Positions 1 through 10,110 of a stretch of DNA of 64,000 bases are shown one piece after another. Each line of letters begins with the position of its first letter. The first letter of the stretch is position 1. The stretch comes from an uncultured cyanobacterium (GTDB taxonomy: Bacteria > Cyanobacteriota > Cyanobacteriia > Cyanobacteriales > Nostocaceae), in NCBI GenBank assembly GCA_963740315.1, contig CAVUDP010000002.1, forward strand, positions 512,001-576,000, given 5' to 3'. The notes under the pieces were generated by a model that saw nothing but the letters and a program-made list of their open reading frames with translations, searched no databases and had not been told where the DNA came from. Both the position numbers and the translations under genes were made by a program.

Positions 1-1421
1 TCATTGGCAGCAACGACGTAGCCTTTTTTATCAGTAGAAATAACACCATTGGAAAGACTGCGAAGAATATCGCGCTGCATTTGTTCTTGTTGCTTGATGG
101 TGGCGAACAATTGAGCGTTTTGCAGTGCTACACCTGCTTGTATATTAAAGGCTTCCATAAACTGTTCGTCATTACGATCGAAGCTAGCTTGGAAGCATTC
201 GGGGGCTTGGGGCCAATCTTCGGGGTTATAAGGAGGACATTGATTTTTGTTCTTCTTATTTACCAGTTGAGTTACGCCAATTAATTCCCGATCGCCGTTG
301 AATACTGGCATACACAGCAAACTACAGGTACGATAACCGTTGGAACTGTCTATTTGTTTGGCGGTGTCGGAGTCGGGATTGTCGTACAGATCGAAGGGGA
401 TATTTAATATTTTACCGCTTTGAGCTACTTGACCGACAAAACCCTTACCCATAGGTACTCGTAACTCTTTTGTCGAACCATCACCCAAGGTAATTTTCGT
501 CCACAATTCTTGGCGATCGCGATCTATTAACCATAAAGTAGAGCGATCGGCGTTCATCAGTTGTTTGGCTTCATCCATCACTCGCTTGAGTGTCTCTTCT
601 AAATCGAGACTGCTTTGGGAAAGTGATTTAATAGCTTTCATCAACGCTTCAGCAGCTCGTTGTTTTTGAGTCGCTACATAAAAGGAACGCGATGATTCTA
701 AAATTAATCGGATCGAAGGCGCAAACTCCTGGAATAGTTCCTCGTCAGCATCGGTAAAACCCTTAATATCAATACGTTCCGATAAAGGGGCTTCACTGTT
801 GCTATCTGGTTTTAATTTGTTTAACAATTGCACTACCGCAACCAATTTACCTTGTTCGTTGAGCAAAGGTAAAGCCAACATCGTGAAGGTACGGTAGTCG
901 GTTCTTTTTTCATGCTGCCGCGCAAAAGAAGAACGAGTATCGTTGTAAAAATCAAAGGGAATATTTACAACTTTTTTATCAGTAGCAACTTCACCAGCAA
1001 TGCCTTTATTTGCCGGTATGCGAATCTCTAAAGAGCGATTTCCTTCCCCTTCGGCAACAATTGTATATAATTCTTGTTTTTCCTCATCTAACAGAAATAT
1101 TGTTGTTCTATCTGCCCCTAGTAATTCCCCGGTTTTTAAGGTGATAGATTGCAACATCTCTTGCAAAATTGCTTCAAACCCTTTAGAGTCCAGCATGGAT
1201 AGGGTTTGATTAACAATTTGTAACTTATGCTCTACATCTTTAACAACTTGTTTAAAAGTATCTTGAGTCAAAGGAGCAAGGAAATTAGAAATAGTTCCTT
1301 CTTGTTGACTCGCAAGAGCATCCAATCGAGTAGGATTTTGAATAAAGTCGCGTTCCCCTGAATTTTTGCCCCCGATAATTAAATCGGTGGTTTCACCGCG
1401 ACTACGTTGGTAGACTGACAT
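1..1421 (-). CDS. cyaB2: Tandem-GAF adenylate cyclase (CyaB2-type), 5' part; runs off the window edge
   Basis: Absent from the ORF track; translated by hand from the ATG at 1421: MSVYQRSRGETTDLII...TFKQVVKDVEHKLQIVNQTLSMLDSKGFEAILQEMLQSITLKTGELLGADRTTIFLLDEEKQELY...VVQLLNK (GAF-A), second GAF ADRSTLWLIDRDRQELW...VTQLVNK, then QRDILRSLSNGVISTDK (start of PAS). Closely matches my recollection of Anabaena CyaB2. Confidence 0.9.
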   Translation of the reverse strand, partial: MSVYQRSRGETTDLIIGGKNSGERDFIQNPTRLDALASQQEGTISNFLAPLTQDTFKQVVKDVEHKLQIVNQTLSMLDSKGFEAILQEMLQSITLKTGELLGADRTTIFLLDEEKQELYTIVAEGEGNRSLEIRIPANKGIAGEVATDKKVVNIPFDFYNDTRSSFARQHEKRTDYRTFTMLALPLLNEQGKLVAVVQLLNKLKPDSNSEAPLSERIDIKGFTDADEELFQEFAPSIRLILESSRSFYVATQKQRAAEALMKAIKSLSQSSLDLEETLKRVMDEAKQLMNADRSTLWLIDRDRQELWTKITLGDGSTKELRVPMGKGFVGQVAQSGKILNIPFDLYDNPDSDTAKQIDSSNGYRTCSLLCMPVFNGDRELIGVTQLVNKKNKNQCPPYNPEDWPQAPECFQASFDRNDEQFMEAFNIQAGVALQNAQLFATIKQQEQMQRDILRSLSNGVISTDKKGYVVAAN

Positions 1422-2572
1422 AACTGCCTTATGATATAAGATTTGTTTTAGAAATGGCTGTTTGCAGGTGGATTTATCGCCTGCATTCTAACTAAAATTT
1501 GCTTTTGAGAAAAATAGACTTCTTGTATAAATCGATGAATGTTAAGAGATACAGAGAAAAATTAGCATCAAGCGGCTTTTTCTCTAACTTTTAACTAATT
1601 AAAAAATATTTTGACAAGAAGTCCAATCAAATAAGAACATTATCCACAGTTTAATCTCTCCTCAGAGAAAACGTCACTGACAAAGATACGTAGATAATCA
1701 AACAAGAAAAAACAAATTAAATTTTTACTTACAAGTACATAAGCCTAGATATTTCTGTATTAACTCATAATTAAAAGATTGTCTTTTTCTAATTTCATTT
1801 TTATGTTTACCGTTCTAAAAAACATCTTAATTTGAGTCCTATTTAATCTAGGTAAGTATATTGATAAAAAAGCAAATAAATTTACTTACTGAGCTTTTGA
1901 AAATAGTCCTATTTTTATTCTTTTAGCAGAACAATATACCCTACCTTTGATTCATCTCAATCCGTTTGCTGCAATAACATCCACAGCATCAGGTATTGAA
2001 TAGTAGAGTTGTAATTTACTACAGACTATATTCATATTATTCCCAAAATTTTTACAAAAGTAACAGGTTAAATTTCGCAAAGGTTTCAAACATAATTTTT
2101 ATAAATCAAAATATTTGATGCAAGTAAGCAGTTTAAAAATAGCTCTTAATATTGATATTAAGTTTTGTCCGTATCCCACAAATTTTTCAGCAATAGTAGA
2201 GTGTCCGCGTCTCGGAGCGAAAAAATTAATAGTTTAAATGAACTACTTTAAGCTAAATATGTAAAAAAGTATCGGAATGTTTACGTACTTAAAATTAGTT
2301 TAAGTATATTTATTGAGTATAAAATAAATGTTAGGTTTTAACTGCATATCACTTGATATTAAAAGATTTGAGCTTTATCTTCAGAGTAAAAAAGTATGAT
2401 AAAGCACTTGATATTATTGTACTAATACTTAAGAGCTAACAGATTTTACTAAGAATATAAATTTACTTTGTATAAACATCGGCATTTCTCAGGATGCTGT
2501 CCAATGATTTATTAAGTTAAAAATTAGTTGTTTAAAATACCAATAAGTCAGTGATTTTACTGATAAAATTTG

Positions 2573-3907
2573 ATGTCCTCAAATCAGCAACAAAATAATC
2601 AAGCGATCGGCTTGTTTACTGCAACCTGTATCGTGGTAGCTAATATGATAGGTACGGGTGTATTCACTAGCTTAGGCTTTCAAGTAGTGGATATTAAATC
2701 TGGTTTCACACTGCTATTTTTATGGATGGTAGGTGGAGTTTTCGCTTTATGCGGCGCTTTAAGTTATGGCGAATTAGGCGCAGCAATGCCTTATTCGGGT
2801 GGAGAATATTATTATTTATCTCGTATATATCATCCAGTAGTGGGTTTTTTATCTGGATGGGTATCGGTAACAGTCGGTTTTGCTGCACCAATTGCAGCCG
2901 CAGCTATGGCTTTGGGAGCATATTTTAAAGGTGTATTCCCGATAGTTTCTTCAACAGCTATTGCTTTAGCTGTAGTTATCGGAGTTTCTTTAATTCATAG
3001 TAGAAGTAAAACATTTGGTAGCTACTTTCAACAGATATTTACGATTTTGAAAGTTCTACTAATTGTAGTTTTAATTGTCTGCGGTTTCTTATTAGCAGAA
3101 CCCCAACAATTAGGATTTTTACCTTCAACGGGAGATGTAAATTTAATCTTCAGTTCTCCCTTTGCAATTTCGTTAGTTTACGTAACCTATTCATATTCAG
3201 GGTGGAATGCAGCCGTTTATTTAGCTAGTGAAGTAGAAGAACCGGAAAAAAATCTACCTCGTTCTTTAATTGGCGGAACTTTGATTGTAATGGGATTGTA
3301 TCTACTATTAAATTTTATATTTTTACACACTACGCCACTTAATAAATTAGCAGGAGAAGTAGAGGTTGGGTATATCGCAGCTAATCAAATTTTTGGCTTA
3401 TTCGGAGCAAAAATAATGGGTGTACTAATTTCATTTGGACTAATAAGTTCAATTAGTTCAATGGTTTTAGCAGGACCAAGAGTTACTCAAGCAATTGGTG
3501 AAGATATTCCTTTATTTAAAATGCTTGCGAGGAAAAACACCAACGGCATTCCATATCTGGCAATTCTCGTACAGCTTTTTATCGTTACCGTGTTGATACT
3601 AACATCTAGTTTTCAAGCAGTAATTACTTATTTAGGATTTACTCTCACTTTATCTTCATTTATTACAGTTTTAGGGGTTTTCGTTAACCGTTTCCGATAT
3701 CCCGATGCACCTCGCCCTTATCAAACTTGGGGTTATCCTTTTACACCACTGATCTTTTTAGGAATTAGTTTGTGGATGTTGGTGTACCTTTTGATCGATC
3801 AACCCGTGGAATCTTTAACGGGAATGGGGACGTTAGGAATCGGTTTAATTGTCTATTTAGTTGCTAACAAAAACAAGTTGGGCTGGTCTTCTGTTACTGA
3901 TAAATAA
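2573..3907 (+). CDS. APC-superfamily amino acid/polyamine permease
   Basis: About 12 hydrophobic helices; TM1 VANMIGTGVF, ELGAAMPYSGGEY, TM6 YSYSGWNAAVYLASE and RPY..WGYP motifs. Confidence 0.9.
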   Translation: MSSNQQQNNQAIGLFTATCIVVANMIGTGVFTSLGFQVVDIKSGFTLLFLWMVGGVFALCGALSYGELGAAMPYSGGEYYYLSRIYHPVVGFLSGWVSVTVGFAAPIAAAAMALGAYFKGVFPIVSSTAIALAVVIGVSLIHSRSKTFGSYFQQIFTILKVLLIVVLIVCGFLLAEPQQLGFLPSTGDVNLIFSSPFAISLVYVTYSYSGWNAAVYLASEVEEPEKNLPRSLIGGTLIVMGLYLLLNFIFLHTTPLNKLAGEVEVGYIAANQIFGLFGAKIMGVLISFGLISSISSMVLAGPRVTQAIGEDIPLFKMLARKNTNGIPYLAILVQLFIVTVLILTSSFQAVITYLGFTLTLSSFITVLGVFVNRFRYPDAPRPYQTWGYPFTPLIFLGISLWMLVYLLIDQPVESLTGMGTLGIGLIVYLVANKNKLGWSSVTDK

Positions 3908-3930
3908 CTTTGAAACATTTCCCTAAAATC

Positions 3931-5112
3931 ATGAACAATAAATTATTTTCCGCTTTTTTAAGTACTGGTGTTGGCGCATTATTGTTATTACAAGGATGTA
4001 GTTCTGGCGGAAACATCAATACTAACTCGATTACGAATAACGCGATAAAAGCTGAATCAACTAAACCCGTAGATCCTTTAGCAAAATTTGACAAAGCAAA
4101 ATCAGCTAAATTAACTGATACGGCTAAATTGCTCGCGGGAATGGAAGTTGATAGTCAAAGTCCTTTGGCGAAAGTACAGAAAAATAGAGGTTGGAATTCC
4201 CACCAAAATTACTACAAAAATGCCTGGTCTAAATTAGAAAAACAGCAGCTAGCAAAGGTGAGAAACTGGAGAGCAAAAGAGTTACAGGCAATTAATGCTA
4301 AATCACCATCAGTTTTTTATCCTTTCAGCGGACCAGATTTTCTTTACTCTTTCTCTTTATTTCCTAAAGCCAAAGAAATGGTTTTAGTAGGTTTAGAACC
4401 AGTAGGTACCGTTCCAGATTTTGCAAAACTTTCTGCGAATCAAACTACTACAGCATTAGGTAAAGCAAGAAGTTCTTTATCAGAAATTTTGCAATTCAGC
4501 TTCTTTCGCACCAACGATATGAGAGTTGATTTACAAAAGCAAGGAGTTTTACCGATTTTGTACGTGTTTATGGCACGCACTAACAATCGCATCCTCGATT
4601 TGCAATACATCGGGTTAGATAAAAATGCTAATGTCGGAGAATTAAAAAAAGGCATGGTACCGGGAGTAAAAATTGCTTTTGTCCCCCAAGGAGAATCACA
4701 ACCTCGTACTTTGTATTATTTCTCTACAGACTTATCTAACGATGGTTTAAAAAAGCATCCCGAATTAAAACAGTTTGTTAGCAAACTTGATAACCCCGTA
4801 ACTTATTTGAAAGCAGCTTCTTATTTAATGTATAACGGTAGCTTTTCAAATATTAGAGATACCATTTTGGCTAACAGCAGCTATCTATTGCAAGATGATT
4901 CTGGAATGCCTTTAAAATCTTTCGACAATTCCAAATGGGATTTAAAATTTTATGGTGCTTATTCTCGTCCGATTGGTTTATTTCGCAATCGCTATCAGTC
5001 AGATTTGAGAAGGGTTTATACAAGTAGTAAAGATATCCAGCCTTTAGATTTTGGTATTGGTTATAAATTTGGTGTCAATCAGTCAAATTTAATGTTAGCT
5101 AAGACTAAATAA
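3931..5112 (+). CDS. Conserved lipoprotein of unknown function, coupled to the APC permease
   Basis: Lipobox-like LLLLQGC after a hydrophobic signal; FYPFSGPDFL and YLKAASYLM motifs; starts just after the permease stop. Confidence 0.7.
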   Translation: MNNKLFSAFLSTGVGALLLLQGCSSGGNINTNSITNNAIKAESTKPVDPLAKFDKAKSAKLTDTAKLLAGMEVDSQSPLAKVQKNRGWNSHQNYYKNAWSKLEKQQLAKVRNWRAKELQAINAKSPSVFYPFSGPDFLYSFSLFPKAKEMVLVGLEPVGTVPDFAKLSANQTTTALGKARSSLSEILQFSFFRTNDMRVDLQKQGVLPILYVFMARTNNRILDLQYIGLDKNANVGELKKGMVPGVKIAFVPQGESQPRTLYYFSTDLSNDGLKKHPELKQFVSKLDNPVTYLKAASYLMYNGSFSNIRDTILANSSYLLQDDSGMPLKSFDNSKWDLKFYGAYSRPIGLFRNRYQSDLRRVYTSSKDIQPLDFGIGYKFGVNQSNLMLAKTK

Positions 5113-5125
5113 CATTAGATATTTG

Positions 5126-5237
5126 ATGTAGAGACGTAGCAGTGCTACGTCTCCATCGATTATGGTTAATATTATTACACCGAATTATCAATACCAACCA
5201 AAATAAAGAAAGACGTACCACTGCTACGTCTCTACAT
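5126..5237. repeat. Inverted pair (REPIN-like doublet) of the GTAG-family palindrome GTAGAGACGTAGCAGTGCTACGTCT
   Basis: ATGTAGAGACGTAGCAGTGCTACGTCTCC at 5126-5154 and a near-perfect reverse complement ending at 5237, between convergent genes. Confidence 0.85.
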
Positions 5238-5333
5238 TACTCTTTTCTCTGCGCCCTCTGCGCCCTCTGCGGTTTTTTTATCGGTAATCTCGTGGCAGAA
5301 TAGGAGTAGTTATCTGTTTTTGACAAAATATAA

Positions 5334-6428
5334 TTAATAATCAATCATCCAGTATTTAAATGCCGGATGTTTTCCAGTAATTGCTCGTTCTACAATATTT
5401 TCGCAGATTTTCAACCCATTTTGACTATTAGTTAAAATTACGATTCCCGTTTTTAAATCTTTGTTAGCTACAATAAAACTTTTAAAAGTAACTAAATCTC
5501 CCCAATGCCAAAAGAAGTTACCAATATTAGTTTTTTCCAATCCCCAACCCAAACCCCAATTTAGAGAATCACTCAGTTTAATTTGGGGAGTTAACATCTG
5601 CTGTAAACTTGCTTCCGTCAAATTATTACTATCAATCGTTCCCGGTTTCATCATCGCGATCGCAAATTGAGCGTATTCAGCAGCAGTTGTGCGTAAACTT
5701 CCCGCAGATACCGCCGCTTTCGGTTGACTCATCGGTTTCGGTTTACCTTGGCGATCGTGTCCGTAACTAGCAATGTTTGCATATTCAGGTTGCCAAATTA
5801 AACTACTGCTATTCATTCCCCAAGGCTTTAATATTTGCTGTTGTAAATATGCTTCTAAAGGTTGTTCGGTAATTTTTTCAACTACACTTTGTAAATATAA
5901 AAAACCTTCCCCAGAATAACCAAATTTTGTTCCTGGATTATTTTTAAACCAAACGGGTTTGCTACCGCTCCAATTAGGAAAACCAGTAGTGTGAGATAAT
6001 ACTCTACGAGCAGTTACTTTGTTAATTCTAGAATCGGAAATTAATGGTTTATCGGTGTATTTTGTTAAAGGTGCATCTAAATCAATTTCTCCTCTTTCAG
6101 CCATTTTTAAGACTGCATAAGCAAATAATGGTTTAGTTAAAGAGGCAGCAGCAAAGATAGTTTCGTTATTAACAGATGTTTTCGTATATTTATTTTTAAC
6201 CCCAAAGCTTTTATTCCAAAATAATTCGCCATCCCGAATCACTGCTACAGAAATTCCTGGAATTCGGTTATTCCGCATTAACTTTGGGATTTGCGTTTCC
6301 AGATTACCAGTTATTGTTTCTGCTGCGGATTGAGAATTAGCAATTAAATTGAGTAAGCTGATGGAAGAAAGACTGACTATAGCAGTTGTACCTTGTTTTA
6401 ATAATTTTCTGCGGGATATTTGCGGCAT
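5334..6428 (-). CDS. Serine hydrolase, beta-lactamase class C/PBP-like family, Tat-exported
   Basis: Twin-arginine signal ISRRKLLK; SxxK in AASLTK; LSHTTG; FGYSGEG; WHWG. Confidence 0.88.
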   Translation of the reverse strand: MPQISRRKLLKQGTTAIVSLSSISLLNLIANSQSAAETITGNLETQIPKLMRNNRIPGISVAVIRDGELFWNKSFGVKNKYTKTSVNNETIFAAASLTKPLFAYAVLKMAERGEIDLDAPLTKYTDKPLISDSRINKVTARRVLSHTTGFPNWSGSKPVWFKNNPGTKFGYSGEGFLYLQSVVEKITEQPLEAYLQQQILKPWGMNSSSLIWQPEYANIASYGHDRQGKPKPMSQPKAAVSAGSLRTTAAEYAQFAIAMMKPGTIDSNNLTEASLQQMLTPQIKLSDSLNWGLGWGLEKTNIGNFFWHWGDLVTFKSFIVANKDLKTGIVILTNSQNGLKICENIVERAITGKHPAFKYWMIDY

Positions 6429-6453
6429 TGTAGAGATTTTTTATAGTGCTATT

Positions 6454-7072
6454 AATGTAGAGACGTAGCAGTGCTACGTCTCCCTAGATTTCAATTTTTA
6501 ACGAGAATTCAATGAAATAGTGTTTATTGAATCTGCTATATCAGTTATAAGTTAAAAAACAATAAAATTCTTGTGTTACGGGCTAATTTGTATTAATTAA
6601 ATTTTTGGTTTGATGCGGTAAATGTAGAGACGTAGCAGTGCTACGTCTCCCTAGATTTCGATTTGTAACGAGAATTCAATGAAATAGTGTTTATTGAATC
6701 TGCTATATCAGTTATAAGTTAAAAAACAATAAAATTCTTGTGTTACGGGCTAATTTGTATTAATTAAATTTTTGGTTTGATGCGGTAAATTTCGGGAGGG
6801 AGACGTAGGGCTAATTTGTATTAATTAAATTTTTGGTTTGATGCGGTAAATTTCGGGAGGGAGACGTAGGGCTAATTTGTATTAATTAAATTTTTGGTTT
6901 GATGCGGTAAATTTCGGGAGGGAGACGTAGGGCTAATTTGTATTAATTAAATTTTTGGTTTGATGCGGTAAATTTCGGGAGGGAGACGTAGGGCTAATTT
7001 GTATTAATTAAATTTTTGGTTTGATGCGGTAAATTTCGGGAGGGAGACGTAGCACTGCTACGTCTCTACATT
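6454..7072. repeat. Composite element: 31-bp terminal inverted repeats enclosing a 167-bp x2 duplication and five 61-bp tandem units
   Basis: AATGTAGAGACGTAGCAGTGCTACGTCTCCC at 6454 and 6621, with its exact reverse complement ending at 7072; 61-bp unit starts at 6747, 6808, 6869, 6930 and 6991. Confidence 0.92.
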
Positions 7073-8463
7073 TATGGTAAATTACGAGGTGGTATTTCTT
7101 TACCTTGGTACATCCGCTTTTCTAATCTCCCCAAACCAAACCATGCACCACCTAATAAAAGAAATATTGCAGAAAGTGATATGGGCAAAATTACTGGTTT
7201 ATCCTGCAATAAAGATGTTAGGGGGATCGCTGCCCAAGCTAGTACAGCCAGAAGTGCGATCGCCATTCTCAATTTCCTAATCCTAACAAGTGCTTTACTA
7301 CAGCTTCCACATTTTTTGGTATGGGAATGATATCTATCTAAAAGTTCTTCTGTTGATAACCTTGGTGGTAAAGTTTCTCCAGGAAATGGATTTGCATTAT
7401 ATTTATTCACCCACTGTCGCAATTCGGATACATAGGTATCGGCTTTGGTGGGTAGATAAAATGCTTTGTTAAAATTTGCACTTCCCCCGGATTCTTCTAA
7501 ATAACGCTCTTGATAGTGGAGAAAAATTTGATCGTCTTCTAAAACCCGATTATTTCCGATGTGAGAATACCAGCGTGGAGTTAACTTGATAAAGAAAGCA
7601 GGTAGTTTTGCGGAGAATTTAAAGGGGAAACGCGCAAATAAACGACATTCACCTTTACGAATGGGAGTAGCGTAAACTACTGTCAAAGTTCTACCAAATT
7701 TCTTCGATGTTAAATCGTGACATACTAATCCCGGCGCGATAAATGTTGTATCTTGTTTTCCTAAAGTACCTTTTCTCGGTCCTTGTTGCCAAATTCCTGT
7801 AAAACCGTTTTTCCCGGATTCAACTACTTCTAATTCTACGGGTGAAACGCTGGATCTATTTCCGACGGTGGCGTGATGGGTAAAGGGAATATGGCTGGAA
7901 TCGATGACGTTTTCTAATAATGTTAAAGCATCGTAAGGTAAATCCCGAAAGGTATTTAAAACAACCCATTCGTCGGGTGATTCTTCGATCGCTTCAATAA
8001 TGGGAACTTCTATATTTTCGGCATTTTCGGCGTTTCCAGGGAAGATAAACAATAATCCTTGTTTAACAGTTGTTGGGAAAGACACAACACAAGCTCTTTG
8101 AGAAGATTCAGCTTTTGTACCTTCGGGTTGTTGGGGGATGCGATCGCATTTACCATCACCAGCAAAAGCCCAACCGTGATAGGGACATTCTAAAAGTCCA
8201 TCTTCGGCAATTCTTCCTTCGGATAACGGTACGAGACGATGAGGACATTTATCTTCAAAAACTCGCCAGCAAGATGCTTGTTTATCCCACCAAATTACAA
8301 CGTCTTTGTTGAGGATAGTAAAACGGGTAAGTTTGGATTTGTCTAAGTCGTCAATATAATGAATGGGATACCAAGCTTCAAGTACATCAAATTGATTTGG
8401 ATCTGTACCTCCGGCGGGTAATTGGTTGGTTTTATTGGAGGTTTTAGTGAGGGTTGAGGTCAT
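7072..8463 (-). CDS. Rieske non-heme iron oxygenase, pheophorbide a oxygenase (PaO/Lls1)-like
   Basis: Rieske CPHR...CPYHGW; mononuclear iron site ENVIDSSHIPFTHH; PaO C-terminal HTKKCGSC and terminal TM helices. Confidence 0.9.
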   Translation of the reverse strand: MTSTLTKTSNKTNQLPAGGTDPNQFDVLEAWYPIHYIDDLDKSKLTRFTILNKDVVIWWDKQASCWRVFEDKCPHRLVPLSEGRIAEDGLLECPYHGWAFAGDGKCDRIPQQPEGTKAESSQRACVVSFPTTVKQGLLFIFPGNAENAENIEVPIIEAIEESPDEWVVLNTFRDLPYDALTLLENVIDSSHIPFTHHATVGNRSSVSPVELEVVESGKNGFTGIWQQGPRKGTLGKQDTTFIAPGLVCHDLTSKKFGRTLTVVYATPIRKGECRLFARFPFKFSAKLPAFFIKLTPRWYSHIGNNRVLEDDQIFLHYQERYLEESGGSANFNKAFYLPTKADTYVSELRQWVNKYNANPFPGETLPPRLSTEELLDRYHSHTKKCGSCSKALVRIRKLRMAIALLAVLAWAAIPLTSLLQDKPVILPISLSAIFLLLGGAWFGLGRLEKRMYQGKEIPPRNLP

Positions 8464-8607
8464 TTTTGGGAGGATTTTAGTGATAATTAAGAATTATAAT
8501 AAACCGCAGAGACGCTGAGTACGCAGAGGGAAGAGGTTTAAGAGAGTTTTTTTGTAGGGTGTGTTATCGCGCAGCGTAACGCACCATGATATTTATTTGT
8601 TTGAAAA

Positions 8608-9216
8608 TCAATCCAACCCATCACGCACTATCCATACTAAAGTTCCTAATAATTGTTCTACTGGCAAAATTCTGTGTTCGGTAAAATCAATTGTAACTAT
8701 ATCTTCTTCTAATTTCAAAAAACTCCATAAATTCCCATTAGTAATGCTTCCATAGACAATCGATATTGATTCATCATTTTTCTGGTTAAATTTCTGGGCT
8801 GCAACCATTTGTGCAATACATTGTCCTAACACATCTTTGAAATTTTCTTTTTTCGCTTCTATTATTACTAATGCTGGCGCTTCAATAAATAATTGTTCCG
8901 GAGAAAGACTAACGATAAAATCACAAATTCCTGTCAGTCCTAAGTTTTTATCGATGTCAAATTCTTCACCTGAAAAAAAGCTGATTTCTTTATTTAAAAG
9001 CTTTCGTAATTCAAATAAAATCGGACTAATAATCAGTTCGGAACGTGCTTTTCCCGAACCCATTGCAATAGCTAAAGGTATACTTTCTTCTAAAAATTCT
9101 GCTATGTAAGGACTTGGTAAAACAGGTTCAACTTCTGGAAGAAAATTTTCATCTCCAACCAGTGTTAAATCAAATGTATCTTTGACTTTTGAAATATCGA
9201 AATCTTTGTAAGGCAT
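8608..9216 (-). CDS. Conserved cyanobacterial PD-(D/E)XK-like protein
   Basis: GICDF...IIEAKK...QCIAQMVAAQKFN...TNGNLWSF pattern, similar to HsdR N-terminal-like nucleases. Confidence 0.7.
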   Translation of the reverse strand: MPYKDFDISKVKDTFDLTLVGDENFLPEVEPVLPSPYIAEFLEESIPLAIAMGSGKARSELIISPILFELRKLLNKEISFFSGEEFDIDKNLGLTGICDFIVSLSPEQLFIEAPALVIIEAKKENFKDVLGQCIAQMVAAQKFNQKNDESISIVYGSITNGNLWSFLKLEEDIVTIDFTEHRILPVEQLLGTLVWIVRDGLD

Positions 9217-9389
9217 AAATTGTATATCTATCTATCTTAATGCTGACTTGATTAAAAATATTAGGATTAGCTCAAAACTAATAAGTCGTCAGGCAAATAT
9301 TATTTATATCATGTACTATTAATGTATTAATATCAAATTATTTTGTCACTACGACCTAAATATGGTTTATTAATACAAAGTAAAAAGCT

Positions 9390-10049
9390 ATGGCTCAAGC
9401 AATACCTAAACTAATAACTTTTGAAGAATTTATTGATTGGTATCCAAATACAGGGATACGTTATGAATTACGTGATGGGGTAATAGTCAAGATGGCACCA
9501 CCAACCGGAAACCATGAAAAAGTTGTAGGATTTATAGCACGTAAGCTAACAGTGGAATTTGACAGACTTGATTTACCTTACACTATACCTAAAACTGCGT
9601 TTGTCAAACCTGAATCGGCGGATTCTGCTTATTCACCTGATGTTTTATTATTGAATCTTGATAATTTAGATAACGAACCACTTTGGAACAAAGAATCTAC
9701 AGTTTCTCAACTTGCATCAATTCCATTATTAGTTGAGGTTGTAAGTACGGCACTTGCTACAACGGAGGGAACCTCCGCAACGCAGTGCCTTACTAACTGG
9801 CGCGATGATTATTACAAGAAGCTCGCTGACTACGAGGAAATGGGTATTCCAGAGTATTGGATTGCCGATTACGCAGCTCTAGGAGGGAAAAAATTTATCG
9901 GCAATCCGAAACAACCTACCATTTTTGTATGCGAACTTGTTAATGGTGAATATAGCTTTAATCAGTTTCGAGGTGACAACAAAATTATTTCCCCTACCTT
10001 TCCTCAGCTAAATTTAACCGCTCAACAGATTTTTGATGCACCAATTTAA
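9390..10049 (+). CDS. Uma2 family (DUF820) endonuclease carrying a 15-aa in-frame insertion
   Basis: RYELRDG, SPDV, VEVVST...NWRDDY..K..DY...GIPEYWI motifs. Confidence 0.9.
   Translation: MAQAIPKLITFEEFIDWYPNTGIRYELRDGVIVKMAPPTGNHEKVVGFIARKLTVEFDRLDLPYTIPKTAFVKPESADSAYSPDVLLLNLDNLDNEPLWNKESTVSQLASIPLLVEVVSTALATTEGTSATQCLTNWRDDYYKKLADYEEMGIPEYWIADYAALGGKKFIGNPKQPTIFVCELVNGEYSFNQFRGDNKIISPTFPQLNLTAQQIFDAPI
9749..9790 (+). mobile_element. 42-nt small dispersed hairpin element inserted in-frame in the Uma2 gene
   Basis: GGCACT...AGTGCC terminal stem, CGGAGG-GAA-CCTCCG inner stem, flanked by a TAC direct repeat; related copies at 14572-14613 and on the minus strand near 55951-55992. Confidence 0.8.
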
Positions 10050-10054
10050 TTCAA

Positions 10055-10110
10055 TGTTAGTTGTTAGTTGTTACTCATAACTCATAACTCATAACTCATA
10101 ACTCATAACT
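10055..10110. repeat. STRR heptamer arrays (TGTTAGT; ACTCATA x5)
   Basis: Read directly; the recN stop codon lies inside the ACTCATA array. Confidence 0.85.

Noticed and set aside
1422..2572. Hidden gene or NtcA site in the long cyaB2-permease intergenic region
   Set aside because: Very AT-rich, no ORF of 60 aa or more, and I found no clean GTA-N8-TAC or stable RNA structure by eye.
6747..7051. CRISPR array
   Set aside because: The 61-bp units are identical along their whole length, with no unique spacers and no cas genes nearby; it is a tandem repeat.
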